The notes below the pieces were generated by a model that searched no databases, was not told the origin of the DNA, and saw nothing but the letters and a program-made list of their open reading frames with translations. 64,000 nt of DNA, from contig NC_092680.1 of assembly GCF_964355755.1 (NCBI RefSeq), positions 22,209,605-22,273,604 on the forward strand, read 5' to 3'. Below are positions 1 to 15,400 of this stretch, piece by piece. The stretch comes from Antedon mediterranea (lineage: Eukaryota > Animalia > Echinodermata). Each line of letters starts with the position of its first letter. Position 1 is the first letter of the stretch. The translations under genes were made by a program, and so were the position numbers.

Positions 1-482
1 TGACAGAAATTAAATCAATTAAAGGTTGGTTATCTACAAACCTAATTACCTCTAGTTTTATCTATTTTGCTTAGAGTGTAACTTATTTGTTCTGTAATTT
101 TATACCTATATTATAATCTTATTATGGTTTCCATATTTTTACAAGCCCTTGCAGGTTTCTGTGGAACCTTTCATCTTTATTTATTTATATTTTTTATTTT
201 ATCTAAGAAAGTGTGGAAAGATGAATAAAGTTATTATTATTATTAATGTAGCGGTTTATTAAAGTTTTCTAACAGATTAAAATACAAAAAATACTAGCAT
301 GCTTACTTTCATTGAAGTACTTAGTCTCTCATAAAGGAATTTTAGTTAGGTGCTGATTTGATTACTCTGCAGCTCTTCAATGAATTAATAGTGCAGTCAC
401 CTTTTACATTGTTATGTAAAAGATATCTTGTACATTTGGTGATGCTGTTTTTAGTATCAATGTGTACTATTTCGCTTTTTAG

Positions 483-3400
483 CGACTGATTGGCAAATCT
501 TTGTAACGACTGGAAGTAATGCAGATTCAGGCCGGAATTCAACAGTCACTCTTCATGTGTATGGGGATAAAGGAATGGATGAGTGTATGTTGCTTCCAGA
601 TCATGGCAGTGGTTTTCAACCAGGAACAACACAAGATTTTAGAGTAAGTATGATCTTATATATGAATGATACAATTAATTAAAATAATTCAGTTCTTACT
701 ATCCTGATTACAGTAACTTAATTTTACTTAATTATCTACATATTAGCTGCAATTCTTGTTACTTATACCTGAATAAATCACATGTATCTGTTATTTCAGG
801 TCAATTTATGTGATTGTGGAAATCCATACAAGATTCGAATTGGATATGATAACTGGAAGTCAGAGGATAGTTGGTATTTAAAGACAGTGAAGATGGTTAA
901 TTTACTTTCAGACACAAAGCTAAACTTTGAGTTTGACCGTTGGTTATCAAAGGAACATGATGACCTGGACACATGGAGAGAACTTCCCGTACTCATTCCT
1001 CCAAACAAACCACTTCCAAGTATGAACAAAATAAGCCAATTTGTGTCATCTATGTATAAATTATGCTTTAATTTTGAGATATTCAATCCAAAAAATTATT
1101 TAAACATTTAATTATATGTTAATTAAACAGGTTCATACTTATTTGGTTGTTTAATATTACAGTTACTAAGTATTACATCATGGTGTGGACAGGCAGCAAT
1201 GAAGAGGCGGAAACTAATGCAAATGTATTCTTAAATATTCATGGCAAATACGGTGATACTGGTTATAGGCATCTTTACAAATCCAAGAATAATGACAACA
1301 TTTTCAGATCTGGTCAGATGGATGTATTTGAAATAGAGGCAGTTTGGCTTGGAAAGATATCAAAAGCTGTTCTATTACATGATGGAAAATCTCCAGATGT
1401 AGGCTGGTTTGTTGATAAGGTTATCATTAAGGAATCTAAAACTGCAAAAAATGAGGTTTATTTTCCTTGCAGGAAGTAAGTATTGTATTGTAGGCTTTCT
1501 TGAGAAATTCGCATTGTTAGAGTTAGTAAAACTACCCCACCAAAATGTTCTCTTTCACAAAAAACAATTTTAAAAAAGGTCAAAAATGTCTATCAATACT
1601 TGATTGATTGAGAAGGTTATTCATTTTGATGTCACTAATTTGATTTACTTACTTTTTAGTTATAAATTAGTAACTTCATCATTTCAGATGGTTTGATGTT
1701 GGAAAAGGTGATAAGAAAGTAAGTCGAGAACTATTTCCAGGCAAACCTGCAACAAGTAAGTTTATTGTATACATAATAGACAAGTTGTATAATGATTATA
1801 ACCTGCAACAAGTAAGTTTATTGTATACATAATAGACAAGTTGTATAATGATTATAACCTACAACAAGTAAGTTTATTCTATACATAATAGACAAGTTGT
1901 ATAATGATTATAGCATTGTGTACACTATTTTGTTTGACAATTCTCTTTTTTATAAAATACTTACTTTAGTATTTACTATAATAAATTGTCAGCATTAATT
2001 TATAGTTGTTCTTCATCACGGCATCAAAGTGGCTCCAATGTGGTTAACTAACTAATATTTTTCTTTATTTTGTATTATATTTTTCTTCAACAATATTTTG
2101 AATACAATATTTAAAGTGTGAATTTAATTTAATTGAATAGCTCCTAAACCAATTTCTCAAGAAGAAGTAGAAGTAGGGACAACAACTGCAATTGTTAAAT
2201 GGAGAAAACCTGCTGGTGACGTGACTGGTTACTGTGTAAAATGTACACCAGCCAAGATTGACAAGCCGATTATTGACATTAGAAATCCAAGTTTGACTCA
2301 AGCAGAATTTACAGGACTAAATCCTGGTTATGAATACAGCTTTGATATAATATCACTCAATGAGGATTTAAAAGGAGATACTGTTACAATAAATGCTACT
2401 ACTAGTAAGCATTTATATTTTCTAAATAAGAATAATTCTAAAAATAAATTGTAGAAGTAGATACTTGGTGGCAGGGCCATAGCCACAATAAACATTCTAG
2501 TTGCTGAATCTCAAATACTTGAAAGAAAATAATCAAAGTTTTATTCTTATGTTGTTAATTCACACTATTACATTTACTTAACATTATGGCAAATTCGTTT
2601 TTTTCTTAATAGTATTATATTATATACAGTTTTTAACAATCAACAGATTGTCCAAAAGTGAAAGAAATGAAATTTAAAAAATAGATTGGTTTAAAAAGAA
2701 CTATGTATCTACTATCTTCCAATAGAACCAAATCCTGCCATCGGTGGTGAAATTAAAGCATCATTTCGCTCAATATCTGTTACTTGGGATGCGCCAGATG
2801 AAGGAAATTGGACTGGATATAAAGTAAAGTTAACTCCTGCAGATTCAAAGAATTCTACACTTAAGTTAGATGTTACAAAAAGATCAGTTGAATTCCAAGG
2901 TTTAACACCAGGCAAGAAGTACCGTGTAGAGATTATGGTGTTATGTGATGATATTGAGAGCGACAAATTAGTTCTTAGGGAAACTACCAGTGAGTATTTA
3001 ATTCTACCTTTTCATTTGTGTTTTGTTAACTTTGGTATGTGGGTGTTATACAATGTTTGTAAGTTTAAAACACAGACATATTAACAGTGTAATTGTTATC
3101 TTTACTGGTTGTCTTCTATTATTTTGCTATTTTATGCTTCTATTTAAGAATCCTTTTATTTATAACAGAAATTCCAGATGTTGTTTTGTTGCCTGTACTT
3201 GATGCTGTATCTGTAGCAACAACTCATTCTATTGAGGTATCTTGGAAGCAACCAGAAGGAAACATGAATGGTTATCAGTTAAAGTTGAAGCCACCTGATG
3301 GAGATGATCCTGAACAAACTATAAGCACCCCGGCTTGCACTGAGGCTACATTTACTGGATTATCACCTGGAAAAGTCTATGAGATTGATATTGTAACTGT

Positions 3401-6400
3401 ATTTGACTTTAAAAAAAGTGATATTGTCAAATTAGATGCACGTACAAGTAAGTTCCTGGTTGAAATAGTTAATTTTTATAACATAAATATTTTATAGTTT
3501 AAAAAAAGAGGTCTGAATTAATTAATTTATGATATAGATGAAATCATATCTTCTAATTATAGATTTATCCATCTGGTAGGTTGCTACATATATAATATAT
3601 GTATAAAAAACACAAGTTATTTTTAATAATTCATTTATTAGAGTCAATGTCAGACCAGGTTCGAGATCCTAAAACGGATAGTACCAGGAGAACCATTGTT
3701 GTTGGCTGGAAAAAACCAGAGCAGAATTGTGAGGGCTATCGTCTGACAATAACTCCTGGTGATGCTGAACAGAACGAAGTAATTATCAAAGATGCAGATG
3801 AAGTTAAAACATCATTTAATAATTTAGCACCAGGTCGGGAATATACTATTGCAATATTTACTACAAATGGAGATGTGGAAAGTGAACCAGTTCAAGTTAT
3901 CAAACATACTAGTATGATTATTGTTTGTTGAAATCATATCCCACGAAACCTAACTTTTATGAAACTGTACAACTTAAAAAAAATAAATACTTATGAGTTG
4001 GATGGTGAGAATATATCACCTTTTAGTTAGGTAGGGCTTATTCCAAATGGCAGTCAGGTGTGTTATAATACTAATTAGTATAAAGAAAGAATAATAAATC
4101 AATACCATAGATTGATGCATTGCTATTTTAAAATATCATTGTATCATTAACTTGTCTGATTTGTTAATATTTTGTCTTATATTTTCTATTTTTGTAGAAC
4201 CTCATGAAGTATTAAATGCTGCATCAGAGGCTACAGCCAAATCAATTACTGTAAATTGGGATCGACCTTCAGGGGAACTTACTGGTTACAAAGTTATTTG
4301 CTTACCACTTATTTCTGGTCCAAAACCTTCAAATAGATCCAACAGCGACCTGACTAAAAAACAACTAACTGGTGTAAAATATGAACGGAGTAATACTGAA
4401 ATATCTTCTTCGGACAAACGAAAGAATAGTAGAGCAGGTGAACGAACAAAAGAAGACCGAAAAAAAAGTGATGCAGGTGATCGATCCAAAAGTAGAACTG
4501 GAGACAGATCAAAGAGTAGAACTGGAGACAGATCAAAGAGTAGAACTGGAGACAGATCAAAGAGTAGGACTGGAGACAGATCAAAGAGTAGGACTGGAGA
4601 CAGATCAAAGAGTAGAACTGGAGACAGATCAAAGAGTAGAACTGGAGACAGATCAAAAACTGATGAGAAATCTAAAAACAAGCTTGATTCAAAAGGTGGC
4701 AGTAGACGGGGTAGTATAGCTTCTGTTGGATTAAATGAGAAACAACCAATTACCGTATATGTTGATGAGAAAACAACTAGAGCAAAGATAAGTAACTTAG
4801 AAGGAGGATGTCATTACATAATTGATATATTTACAATAGCTGGTGAACAAGAAAGCAAAAGTATTAACCTTAAACAGCGAACAAGTAAGTTTCATGGATA
4901 TTTAGTACAAAAATACATACTTTCTGTATCATTTAGACTTTCTTTTTTTTTTAAATTTGTGTGCTTAAATATTTTTTTTTTCATTTACTTCATCTTTTAA
5001 TTTAAATTTTGGCTGTCTGGTGAAACGTATTATTTGCTTCTATGTTCATTTGTTTGTTTTGTCAGTAATGTACATTTTGTTATTTTTTTCAGTAGTTTAT
5101 TTTTTTTATATAATTTGTTGTCTCATATGTGAACTAATAAGAGTATAAAATAACAAAAGGATATAACATACATCTCAGGTCATAGCTTGTACAATTCAAT
5201 TATAAAGAATATATCAATGCATTCAAGAAATTTCAGTGTATATTTGTTCCTATAGTAATAATTGTATTATATATAATAATGAAGCCATGCCTCCAAATGT
5301 ATCTTCCTTGTTATAATAAAACACATTTCCTTGCCTTTGCACTTCTTACTGAAGCTATCTGGGATGTCATGTTGTGGATTTTGCTTATTGTGTTACCTGC
5401 ATGTTTGCTTCGCTTAAATATAGAGCCTGACGTTGTCCAGAATGCTAAAGTACAGCAAGTGAGCAATTCATTGATATTGTCCTGGAATCCACCTGATGGA
5501 AAATGTACAAATTATCAAGTAAACCTAACTTCTTCTGGATCTGATGACTCTGAAATCAGAATACTAGATCCAGACAAGGCCATGATAAAGTTCTCAGAAC
5601 TTCAGTTTGAGCAAGAATACACAACTAATATTTTTACATTGGTTGAAGATGTCCAAAGTGAACCAGTTGTTTTTACTAACAAAGTAATGTCTCTTGAAAG
5701 TGAGTGACATAAACTCTCTACAGTATTTGTTTAATATTCCAGTTCATTTTTTATTTATTTTTTTATTTTCAAGTAGTTTGGCTTTAATGTTGGATTTATC
5801 TTGTATATATATGGTTCACATTCATTCATACTGCTTGTTCTCTTGTTTGTATATATATGGTTCACATTCATTCATACTGCTTGTTCTCTTGTTTGTATAT
5901 ATATGGTTCACATTCATTCATACTGCTTGTTCTCTTGTTTTATACAATGTTTAAAAGGTTCTAAAGTATGTAATCCTGTCGTACCTTTGTAAATGTAGAA
6001 ATAGGTAATTGCTGATGTATGTACCATTATTGTGATCTGAATAAGTTAAGCTTTGTTTGGTTATTTGATAATATTTCAATATTTCTATAGTCTTTTTTAA
6101 ATCTTCTTTACATACTGCTTGTATTATTAAGCTGTTATCATGTGTTACATGTAAAGCCAATGGAATTGATTTACTGATAATGAATTTCAATTGCAGAGCC
6201 TATGGCAGTAATTGAAGCAAAAACAGAAACTACTCTAAATACAATTGTAGTAACCTGGAAAAAGCCAAATGGAAATTATACAGGCTTTAAAGTGGTATGT
6301 GTAATGGCAGACAATAAAGAGGCTAAACCAATAGAAAAGGTTGTAGCATCAGATGTGTTTAAGGCAGAATATGGTGACCTTGAGCCAGGGAAAGAATATG

Positions 6401-9400
6401 ATATTCAAATTTGGTCTTTAGACAAAGATGTACTTAGTGAGCAAGTTAAATTAAAGGACAAAACAAGTAAGGATACCTTTAAATAATTTCTGTCAACAAG
6501 TAGTTTCATACTGGTAATTATTAAAATTACTAAAGATGTATTGTCTGCCCTCCCAGCAAAGAGTGTTAGATCATTATCTAGATAAGTGTCATTCTGGAGG
6601 TACCACCTCATGTTAGGTGACTACCACTTTTCTACCCATTGAGTCCAATTGCATGTTGTTAGATATCTAGAGCAAATTCATAATACATAATTATACAGCG
6701 TTTATTTGTGACTCTTTTAAAATACTTTTTTCAGAATCTGACAAACCAGAGACACGTGAGTGAAAATATTTGTATTTAAAAAAAAAATTGTTTTTGTTTG
6801 AATACTATGAAATTTATAGCATTACTGTATGTAAAAATGTAATGGATAAGTAAAAAATATAGAATATGTTTAAATTCAGATTTATTTTTTTTATTACAAA
6901 GTTGTTTGAGGTGGTAGAGCAATATTGGTATTTATTTACTTTTTTTTATTTATTTATACTTTTTAGAAGGTGAATGGAAAGTTGTTGTCAATACTTGCAA
7001 AGATTCTAAACCTGTTGGTAATGGATTGATTCATCTGGTTGTTTATGGAAAAGATAACAAGTCAAAACAAATCCTACTAACTGAGGAAACAGAGCATAAC
7101 TTGTTTGAGGCAGGAGCAACTGATGAGTTTGAGGTAAACTTTTCTGATATCTTCAAAATGTCCCTTGATTAGGCATTTCTATTCAGACAAATACTTTATA
7201 AGTAACTACTATAATACAGAAACAATATTGGTTAATGCATACAAATACAGAACTACAATGAACAATTTCTATCATGGGTTTAAGTAAGACGGGGATGCAG
7301 ATATTTATAACAGAAGTATGTTATTTCTTTATAGATTATATTTGTTTTATTGGGTTATGTGACACTTATGTATTTATCAGGTAAATGTTGGTGACATTGT
7401 TGAAATTTATAAAATACGCATTGGCATGGAAGAAGAAAGGTGTTGGGAAGGTTGGCACGTTCATGATATTTCTATGGTGGACAAACACACTGAAGAAAAA
7501 TTAATATTCAACTTTGATCGTTGGTTGTCTCGTTATCAAGATGATTTTGATATCGTTCGTGAATTGCCTGCAATACGGGAAAATCAAGATGTGTTACCAG
7601 TAAACGTTTATCTAGTAAAATTAGATGTTGGAGATCATTTAGCATGTTATACAGATGCTAATGTTTGGATTACTCTTCATGGTGAACGTGGGGACTCTGG
7701 TAGAAGATTACTATATAATGCATTGGAGAAACCAACATCAAAGTTTATGAAGAGCCAAAGAAATACATTTAAAGTTGAAGCAGTCAATTTAGGAGAGATT
7801 AAGATGGTTCAAGTATCACATGATGCTATAGGCTATGGTAAAATCATTAAATTGTTAATATAAAAAACAGTTTTATTTGAATTTAGTTGTGTCAGCAATA
7901 TTATGCTTTAAAGTCATTATATTTGTTTTATTTCATCTTTAATATATTGTTTCATTTTTAAGGGTCGGGAATGTTTATTGAACATTTTGAAATTAAAAAA
8001 AGTACTGATGCAAAAGAAGAATATTATTTCCAATGTAATGAATGGCTTGATGACCATGTAGGAGAGAGAAAAACAGAAATGAATTTTAAATTATTTGGTG
8101 CGTAACTTTTGACTTGTTGATCTAAAATGAAATAGAAACTAAGATATGATAAGGTGAAAAATCATGTTTTGATTTGATTCAAATGTTAATAGTATACCAT
8201 CAATAATTTTATAGGTGTACGACCAGTTTTCAAAGAAGAGTTGAAGGAGGATAAGCCAGATTCAAGTAAATGTTCTTATTTTACTTTATGTAACAGTTAA
8301 ATAATTGATGTTCTGCAGTATTAGTTAGCATAGGTTTACACACCACACATTTATTTACATTGCACATTTGATATATTTGATTGAATGGAAAAAATCATAT
8401 ATTTTCTTTAAATACAGAAGGAACATGGAAGGTAACTGTAAGGACAAGTGAATATGCTGATGCAGGCACAAGTGCTAAAGTTTATTTGACTATCTGTGGT
8501 GTCAAAGGTGATTCTGATCCACTCCATTTAGATATTGATGAATTTGTACCAAATGGACATGCTTCTGTAAAGGTAAGTCAGGTCTGGAATTACTATCAAT
8601 TTACTGTTTTCAATTTTATCTCTTATTTCATGATGCTTGCTCTTTTGGCAGGTATAAAAACATGGCCCTTGCAAATCTAAAACAAAATTGAAGATAGCAT
8701 GTATAATGTGTATTTAATATAAATTGCAATTTTAGGTAGATGCTGGTGATATTGGGGAAGTTCAGAAAGTTCGATTAACACATGACAATTCAGGAGATAA
8801 TCCAAATTGGCATGTAAATGAGGTAAATAGTTACAATCAGGTTTATAGTATCAAAATACATCTACAGTATATACATGTATAGTAAAGTTTGTTACTTTCT
8901 AGAATTAAAATAAACCTTTGGATTTATTATTCACAGTATTCAATCATTAAATAGTGGATTTTTAAATGTTTCACAACCAGGGAATACCATAGAAACATAA
9001 TAGAGATGATAGAGTTTTAAAAGCAATGAGGCTAAACTGCCGATAATGATTGGAGTAAGCCAATACCGTATATTGGTGCAATGAGGCTAAACTGCCGATA
9101 ATGATTGGAGTAAGCCAATACCGTATATTGGTGCAATGAGGCTAAACTGCCGATAATGATTGGAGTAAGCCAATACCGTATATTGGTGCAAAGAGGCTAA
9201 ACTGCCGATAATGATTGGAGTAAGCCAATACTGTATATTGGTGCAAAGAGGCTAAACTGCCGATAATGATTGGAGTAAGCCAATACCGTATATTGGTGCA
9301 AAGAGGCTAAACTGCCGATAATGATTGGAGTAAGCCAATACCGTATATTGGTGCAAAGAGGCTAAACTGCCGATAATGATTGGAGTAAGCCAATACCGTA

Positions 9401-12400
9401 TATTGGTGCAAAGAGGCTAAACTGCCGATAATGATTGGAGTAAGCCAATACCGTATATTGGTGCAAAGAGGCTAAACTGCCGATAATGATTGGAGTAAGC
9501 CATTACCGTATATTGGTGCAAAGAGGCTAAACTGCCGATAATGATTGGAGTAAGCCAATTGAGATACCGTATATTGATGATTCTGGTGCAAGTCAATAAG
9601 TTCAATGTACTGTCTGGTTACACTTCATCTTTACATCTTGTGTCCTATGTTTTGACACAGTTTGCAGAAACATGTCCAATAAAACTGTATAAAATAAATA
9701 ATAATTATTATTTAGTATGTAGTTTTTTTTTAGAATTTGCTTAATAAATGTGCTCTTTCTACTAAAGATTATGATTGAAGATGAACTAAGCAAAGATGCT
9801 TATAAATTTCGATTTGATTCTTGGTTGACTTATGATAAACAAGGTTTTGATGTGTTAGAAATGCCAGTTCTTTTGCCTGATGTAGAACCGCCACAAGGTG
9901 AGCAAACAAGTATTTGTATTGAACTGTTTATAACCCTACTCAGTGTTGTAGAAAGAATTATTCAGAATCTCCAAATTATACTATGTATAATGTAACCTGC
10001 AGTCTAATTCTTTCGAAATGTAGTTCATTATAATATTTTTTACATTGCAGTTTTTATGTATGAATTACGAACAATAACAAACAAAGAGGAAGATGCGGAC
10101 ACAGATGGAAATGTTAGTGTTATCATGTATGGAGAGTTTGGAAACACTGGCAAAAGAACACTTGTGAAATCCAATAAGGAAACACCATTTATGTATGGCC
10201 AGGTATATTGTGTTCACTTTAATCACGTCTGTAACTATTAATTTCTTTAAAAATATGTTTGTTTTATCTATATTGATGTTTCTATATTTGCCATTATATG
10301 TCCTTTTAATCATTTATAAAAATTATTACTTTCAAAGGAGGATACATTTTTGATCAATTCAGTTTCTTTGGGAAAACTTGAGAAAATGGTCTTCTATTTC
10401 CAAACTGATGTGGATCAAGAAGCATGGCTGCTAGATTATGCAACAGTTCGTGAAAATAAGATTTCCTTGACAGAAACCCGGTTTCCTTGTCATGATTGGC
10501 TTGGATTGAACCCAACCACTGGCAATGCTATTTTTGAGAAAGAACTAGTTGTTGAAGGTATAAACATAATTATGTGAGCTAGTGAAAATATTCATGGTCA
10601 ACTGCATCTTTTTTGTTGGACCATCATTAGAGTTTTTTATACTTATTTATTATTTTGGTGACAATTCATAATCTTCCACCTCTTGCATTCAGGCATTCTA
10701 TCACCTTGTCTAAAGCGTGGTTCCCACTAGCGACGCAACACAAGGACGTAACGCAACGCAAGTGAATTGACCAATCACAAACGATGGCTTATTCGCTTGT
10801 GATTGCTAACTGTCTATAACTTTGCTTGTCATTGGTTAAAAACGCTTGCAGTGCGTTTACGTCCTTGCGTTACGTTCTAGTGGGAACCAAGCTTTAGTAA
10901 TTGAAATTAATAGAGTTGTTATGTCATCTATGTTGCCATGATTTTGACCTCAAAGAAACATTTTATGTTTGCCTGCAGTTCTTCCAACTCAGTAGAAATC
11001 ACTACATGGCAAAATATAACCAGGCACAGAGAATAAGCAAACATTATAAACTTTAAAAAATGTTATTTTTCTAAACAAAAAAATTAAATATTGAGATTGT
11101 TTTGTAGGTGAACAATTTGTTGAAATTAATGAAGGCGATGAAGAAAAACCAGTCGATGACGGCGAGTCAAATTCTACAGGCAAGTGGTTAGTGTGGGTGA
11201 CAACAGGTAGAGAAGACAATATGGGTACAGATGCAAATGTAACTATACAGGTTTATGGTAGAGAAGGCTCTAGTTGTATATTACCTTTGATTGAAGAACA
11301 TACAAATGAAGATGATAAAGACACAGATAATGAAGAGATAAAGGAAGATGAAAACAACAGCAAGACTGAAGATGAAAAAGATGATGAGAACAAGACTGAA
11401 GAAGATAAAAATGATGATGAGAACAAGAATGAAGAAGATAAAAATAATGATGAAAACAAGAATGAAGAAGATAAAAATGATGATGAAAACAAGAACGAAG
11501 AAAAAGACGATGAGAACAGGAATGAAGAAGATGACGAGAACAAGAATGATGATAAATTTGAGAAGGATGGAGAAGAGAACAAAGCAGATGTGCAACAAAC
11601 AACAAGTACAGATTGTAAAAAGGCTTCCAGATTCCCACCAGGGTCTGTAAAACAATTTGAGGTAAATATTTCTATACAAATTTTTGTTCAGCTATATTAG
11701 TTGGTTATAAAATGCTGTGGCTATCCTTAAGTGAGTGATTGTAAGATTAATTGACAGGCTATGCTTATGATGATCTAGCATATTGAATGATAAAATACCC
11801 CACAAAGATATCACATTAAAGTCAATTAACTTTGGTCATGGCATCTGAATTGGAATATTAATTGATTTGTTGTAGTAGTTGTACAAACCTACTTTTTTAT
11901 TCTGTTATTTCAGATCGATGTTGGTGAAATTGGAAGTCTTTACAAAATTCGAATTGCTCATGATAATAGTGAACATGACCCTGATTGGTTTATTGAAAAG
12001 GTTTGAAAAAATATATGTAAAAAAAATAAAAATTGAGTTTTCATATATTCTGTATATTTTCATGACTTTGGTTTTAGCTTTACAAGAGTGTTCTTATTGT
12101 AGTATGAATGTATTACTATAACTGCCATTTTTGCAGATAAAAATGAAAGATAAAGATACACATCAAGAATTTCACTTCTTTGCTAATCGCTGGTTGAAAG
12201 AAGACAAGAATATCCATACTCTCAACAAAGAAGAAAAAGGAACATTAGATGAGGAAACAAAAGAGATTGAAAACAAAGATCAATCTTCAGTTAACGGTAC
12301 AAAAGATGATCCAGCTAAAGCAAACAAACAAGAAGACAATATGGATGTTATTTGTGATACCTGTTTAGAGTTGGCTGCCATCAGACCAGATGCAACAATC

Positions 12401-15400
12401 CCATTAGGTTAGTGATTATTTTAAACAAAACCCGACTGTAATAAACAACAAATGACAATCAGTTGTTATTTACTAAACAGGATTATTTACTACAACATGT
12501 ATTTTTGTTTTTTTCTCATAGTTAAGAAGTACATAGTTGCTATTAAAACTGGTAATCGAGGAGCATCTTGGACTGATGCATCTCCCTTTATAGTGATCTA
12601 TGGGGAGAAAGGTGACAGTGGTAAACGACAACTAAACAGGTTACACATACCATCATCTCCAGAGAAACACAATTTTTACAAAAATCAGGTAAATTTTAAC
12701 TCTTATTTTCAAGATCACGCTTGGGATAAGGGTCACCTTAAATATTGTATAGCAGTTGTAAAAGGTTTTGCTTTTCTTCATAGGTGAATATGTTTTCAAT
12801 TGAAGCTGTGGACTTGATGAGACCAAACAAGCTGCTCCTGGGTCACAATGCAAAAGGTTATGGTGCAGGTTGGTTTGTGGAAGAAATCAACATCAAGGAA
12901 GATATTCATTCTCAAACACAATTTGTTTTTCCTTGCCAGAGGTCAGTATCCTAAAGTGGATGCTTAAAAATTTGATAAGTTGGATAAGAAAGATAAGGAT
13001 GGTAGTTAAGAGAGAATAATTGGTGTGATGATAATCCTGATATACACATTTAATCTAAACTAGATGGTTTGATGATGGCGTCGAAGATGGAAAATTGGAA
13101 CGGGAGATTATGTTATTGGGAGAAGTAGAATGCAATGACAATTCAACAAGTAAAGGAAATTGGAAAGTTTCAGTAAGAACTAACATGAAGTCATCGGATG
13201 ATATGTCATCTCCTGTAACACTCATTGTGTATGACAGCAGAGGGCAGTATTCCTGCCATGCCTTTCTAAAAGGTGAGGAAAAGGACAAGAAGTTGTTTGA
13301 TCCTGGTACTGAAGATAATTTTAAGGTAATAACAACTTTGTTTATTGAGAACCGACTGTGATACTGTCAAATATGTCTTAGATCTTAGGTATATGCTAGA
13401 AGTTATTTGCAAACAAATTATTTATATTTCAAAATAAATAAATAAATTGATTTCTGACATACAGTTAGTCCCCAAGCAAATTGTTTTTTTACTTTGAGAG
13501 GAAGTCTCAACTAAAATATTCTCTATAAAACAGTGCCTGCTGCATATTTTTTTTTAATCTAGAAGAAATTGCATGGATTCATCTATCTATTTTATGGTCA
13601 TAAGAGACAGCTAACTGTACATTCAATTCCTTTCTTAGAAACAAATACATTTTTTTTTTTTACTTTATTACCTGTGTACCTATTTGCAGTCTGAGAGACA
13701 AATTGAGTGGTCATCTTTTTGTCACCATCATTTCACATACATCAACAAACATCTATGTACTTCCTGACACACGCATGAGTTTAGTTTTACATTGAAAGAG
13801 TCCTTTTATTATTATTATAACATTGTTCTTTGAATACTAAATACTAAGCTGTCTGCTATTTGCTGAATATAATGTTGTATATTATTTAATTTATATTTTA
13901 GATAAATGTTGGTAACATTGGAACTATTAGTAAAGTTAGAGTTGAAGTGAATCAGTCTCCAATCGACCCAAAACTTTATGTTGAGTGGGTAAGTGCAAAT
14001 ATACACATTCTTTGGTTTTATTAGCTTACATTTGTTTGCATGATCTCAGATAGTAGAAATAAATAATATTTAACTTTTGTACATTTACAGATAAAAATGG
14101 TTAATGACCAGACAGATGAAAATTTGAAATTTAACTTTGATTCACGGATAAAAATGAGCAAAGAGGCTGCAGTTGTAAGAGGTGACACTATTGTAAAACA
14201 AGGTATTTGAATTAATATGTACATACCAAATCAAACAGTGAGTAACACAATAACACGTCCAGTCTAAGATGACTGCACATAATTTGAAACTTAAACTCTA
14301 TTTGTTTTCAACCTTAGTTTTAATATACAAAGTACAATGCCACACTGGAGACAAAGAAAATGCTGGAACAGAAGCAACTCAAATATATTTGACAATAATG
14401 GGAAGTAATGGTGACACTGGTCGACGACTACTAATGGATTCAAACAATTTTGAAATGTTCAAAAAAGATCAGGTTAGAAAAGTATCTACAATATAACTGG
14501 AAATTATTAGGATATCTGTATTTTCAATTTTAGCAAATGGCCATGTAGCACATAATTAATAACACTACTAATAGTATTAAGAAATAAAATATACGTTGAT
14601 AACTTTGAAATAGAGTCAGTATCAGTTGGTAAAATACATACTGTACAATCAAAGTAGAGAATGAAAAAATAAATACAAAATATCATTACAATCTTTTACT
14701 AGGTTGATAACTTTGAAATAGAGGCGGTATCAGTTGGTAAAATACATACAATCAAAGTAGAGAATGAACACAATGACCCATGGCTTCTGGAACAAGTAAT
14801 AATCAAACAAGAAGATGAGAATAAAGTTATAAGATTTGATTGTTCAAGTTGGATTGGAGAAGATCAACAAGACGCTGATAATGATAGTGAAAATGAACTT
14901 ATTGAACCTATCAAGTCATTTTTTGCTCAAGGTATTTCACAACACTGTGTGCAGACTGTCTTGTGTGTGATTGCATGATTTTTAATAGGTTGTCAAAAGT
15001 CAGAAAATAAAAATGTAGTCATTTGCATTGTTGTGCATAATATTGTTTACATTTCTGTGGTCATTGCATAATATGAAACAACTACATTATTGTCTTTATC
15101 AAACCATACCTTTCTTCTCAGTGAAATACAAATCTGTGTACAATAAATTTAAACTATCTTCATAATTTTTCTTAGAAAACTGGAAATGCTTTGTAACAAC
15201 AAGTGACATTAATGATTGTGGAATGGATAAGGAGGTTCAATTGATTGCGTATGGTCAAAATGGAAAATCAAACACAATGCTTCTTGAAAATGGCAATAAT
15301 GACAATTATCAACGAGGAAAAACAGCAGAATTTAAGGTTAATTACAGCACCAGTACAGTACATATGGATTTACTGGAGTTAGGGTTACCCTAACCAGTAC

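Noticed and set aside
11253-11679. Minus-strand and alternative-frame ORFs over the acidic exon (also 4286-4719)
   Set aside because: Shadows of low-complexity coding sequence on the + strand.
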